The notes under the pieces: model-generated
Database searches by the model: none
What the model was told of the DNA's origin: nothing
Seen by the model: only the letters and a program-made list of their open reading frames with translations
Shown here: positions 61,546 through 64,000 of the stretch, one piece after another
How the letters are laid out: each line of letters opens with the position of its first letter
How positions within the stretch are numbered: the first letter of the stretch is position 1
DNA from: an uncultured delta proteobacterium
GTDB taxonomy: Bacteria > Myxococcota_A > Polyangia > Polyangiales > JAFGIB01
DNA length: 64,000 nucleotides
Assembly: GCA_963778655.1 (NCBI GenBank)
Contig: CAVZVA010000003.1
Span: forward strand, 849,481 to 913,480
Direction of reading: 5' to 3'
Position numbers and translations under genes: made by a program

Positions 61546-62448
61546 ATGGAAGACGAGCGAGTCAGAGACCTTCTCGAACGGGTCACCAATTTCAATTGGG
61601 AAGGGCCGCGCCCAAGCGCAGCACTTGCCGAATGCCAGAGGCGCAAAGAGCGGAGAGAGCAGGATTTTCTGAGCCAAACAAGGGGCCTGCCTTTTAAAGA
61701 AATCAAGCGGCATCGTGAGCGTTTTGAGGCAAACAAAGACTACGGCGAACTGGAAGCCGAACTTAGAAGGCTCGGGGACATTCACGTCGCGAGCACCCAG
61801 TTCAAAGATTACAGAAAACTGCTCCGAGAATTTCAACGCACACTCCGCCGCGATTTTTCCGAATGGCACTATTCCGAAGGGTCGCGGGTTAATCACTTCG
61901 TTGGGGGAGTAGGGAGGCGGCGAGACTACGATTCAGCCTGAACTTCGCAACGTGTGGAAGTTGGCGTCAACTGGAGAGGCTGAAAAAGCAAAACGAAAGC
62001 TACGGAAGATTTCGGAACGCTTCATGCTGACGGCTGAGCGGTTGTTGGCAACTACGGACCTTTGGTACAACCCTGAGACACGCAAGAAAGAAAGTGTTAA
62101 CCCACATCGTCCCCCGCCCGAATGAAGCCGCAACCCTGAGACAGATGGTAGAGACGCTGGAGTGGCTGCAAGGCAGGTTGAAGTCGCTGAAAGTTTGCGA
62201 GAATCCGAAATGTTCTTCCGGGGCGGCGGTACTTTTTCAAGGTGTACAACAACGACAGGTATTGCTCTGGTCGCTGCACCACGATTGCGAAGGCTCTGAG
62301 ACAGGCCAAGCGAGATGCAGAATCGCAAAAGCCACGGAGGCCACCAGCGTTTACCGATGAACATCGCCGGAGAATGTCAATCGCGCAACAGGAGAGATGG
62401 GAGAGGCACCGAGAGAAGACCGGGAAGCCAAGGTACGGAAAGTCTTAA
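61546..62448 (+). CDS. Protein with a C-terminal CGNR-like zinc finger (frameshifted)
   Basis: Joined fragments; KVCENPKC..YFFKVYNNDRYCSGRC. Confidence 0.5.
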
Positions 62449-62500
62449 AAGCAGCAGCGGCCAGAACCTTCGCGTCAGGAATAAACCTAACAAAACTCAC

Positions 62501-62524
62501 AAAGCCCCCGCGCAGGGGGCTTTT
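62501..62524 (+). terminator. Rho-independent terminator (possibly bidirectional)
   Basis: aaagccccc-gcgca-gggggctttt. Confidence 0.7.
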
Positions 62525-62648
62525 CTGTTGCCGCTGTGCTTTTATTCCGGTTTGAACGCCCCTTGAGTTCAACCCAGTAAAAACCGCATCGGCACCTACG
62601 ATTTTCTAAGAAGGCAAAGAGTTCTGACACGTAAGAGAGCAATAAGAA

Positions 62649-62842
62649 ATGGAACAGCGACTCCTATACGACCGAAAGACCGCAGCGAAGATGTTGTCAA
62701 TCTCGCTGCGTTCCTTGGCGTATCTGTTGAGTCGCGGTGAGATTCGCTTCCGTCGTATAGGGACAAAGACCCTCATCCCCCGACGCCGAACTTGTCCCGG
62801 TTCGCTCACGGTCACCACCCCGAGCCGGTTGCGGGCGAGTGA
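62649..62842 (+). CDS. Excisionase-like HTH protein (frameshift near the 3' end)
   Basis: LLYDRKTAAKMLSISLRSLAYLLSRGEIRFRRIGTKTLIP. Confidence 0.8.
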
Positions 62843-63898
62843 CCAACTTCTCAAGTGCATTCAGCTTATGGGCGGGTGCCAGATGGGCATATCTGGCCGT
62901 CATCGTTATCGTCTTGTGCCCCATTAGCTCCTGCACTTCCTTCAAGCCAACGCCAGCCATCACCAGACGACTTGCAAAAGTGTGCCGAAGAGTGTGCCAA
63001 GTAACCCCGGTAATCCTTGGCTTCCTCGCACGCCCTGCCGAACCATTCCTTGGGGTCGGTCATCGGTTTGTTCTGGTGGCTCAGGAAGAGAAGGGATTCA
63101 GGAGGTAGCTTCAGTCTGTCGTGTGTCTTCTCCAAAGACTTGAGGGCTCTCATGGCCGTGGAGTTGAGAGCCACATACCTGTCCGACCCATTCTTAGTCT
63201 GCGAAAGATGGATGTACCTGTTCTCGAAGTCCACTTGACCCCAAGTGACGGTGAACTGCTCACCTTTCCTCATGCCGGTGTGAAGCGCCACTTCCAATTG
63301 TGGAATGCAATTTGGCCTACCTGCGAGGGCCGCACGTAGCCGTTTCTCCTCCTCCTCGGAAAGGAACCGAACCCGGCCGTTGGATTCTTTGCGCTGTGGC
63401 ACCAGCCTCGCCGGATTGCGCGACACCTTGCCGTCAGCAATGCCAAGTTTGAACGCCTTGCTCATTGCCGGCTCTGTAGCGATTGATGGTCGCTGGCGTC
63501 CAATCCCGCTCGTCTTCCATTTGGGAGAACCACTCCGCGATTTCAGCGGGTGTGATGGTGTCGGCCATTCGGTGGCCGAACTGGTCGAGGGTGGCTTCGA
63601 GGCGCTGCGCAAAATTACGCTGGTCGCGGTGCGACTGCTCGTAGGTGTAGACAAGAGCCGCCTCAACAAGTTGTTTGTACCGAACGCCACGGTGGGATGC
63701 GACAGGGGCAATGATGCGTGTTGGTACTCTGACCTTCTCGGCTTCGTAGAAGTTCACTGCATCGCTGAGTGCCCCAATGCACCGAGTCTTTCGTTTACCG
63801 TCCACGTCCACAAAGCGAACCCACCAGATATTGCTCCCCTTTTCCCTCTCGAATACGCCTCGATGCTTCTTCCTCTCCGCACTCGTGGCATCGCACAA
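62697..63898 (-). CDS. Tyrosine recombinase/integrase (frameshifted)
   Basis: ALHTGMRKGE, TKNG, WHTLRHTFASRL, VQELMGHKTITMTARYAHL (R-K-H-R-H-Y residues present); ends uncertain. Confidence 0.92.
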
Positions 63899-64000
63899 TA
63901 CCTCTGTGCCAAGATTGTAAATCCACTTGGCTACATAATTGGCTACTTGGGGGTTTGAACGCTTCGGTCGGAGGAGGGGAGAATGCTGTAAATTATTGAT

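Larger units (their letters stand above)
56362..64000. mobile_element. Core of an integrative phage-satellite-like element (no structural genes seen)
   Basis: Tyrosine integrase, excisionase, replication protein and small regulators; boundaries not resolved. Confidence 0.7.

Overview
The window has two unrelated halves joined abruptly at about 45,420. Positions 1-45,420 are very GC-rich DNA with almost no frameshifts, probably from a myxobacterium (Polyangia/Sandaracinaceae-like; inferred from the TPR and Ser/Thr-kinase content and the S12/L17 insertions). This half carries the str-S10-spc-alpha ribosomal superoperon on the minus strand, tRNA-Gln(TTG), bamD, queD, an aspartokinase, pabB-like, tlyA, ssb, a ccmF-ccmH fusion cluster and egtD/egtB. 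The superoperon has four oddities: rplC is missing between rpsJ and rplD; EF-Tu has a Planctomycete-like effector loop; IF-1 is divergent; and a covarying structured repeat of about 80-105 bp sits just upstream of rpsD, rplD and rpsG. Positions 45,421-64,000 are visibly lower in GC and full of frameshifts, probably a low-accuracy or chimeric segment from another organism (possibly Acidobacteria). This half holds a defence island: a BREX-related operon (DUF499-like ATPase C-terminus, PglZ-like phosphoesterase, DUF1156 methyltransferase, small ORF, SNF2 helicase) followed by an uncharacterised HEPN-like, PUA/EVE-like and UDG-like trio. Next to it is an integrative element with no visible capsid genes (replication protein, Cro-like HTH, Mom-like DNA modifier, DUF3102-like, Zn fingers, excisionase, tyrosine integrase). 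All family assignments come from recognising motifs by eye; no searches were run.
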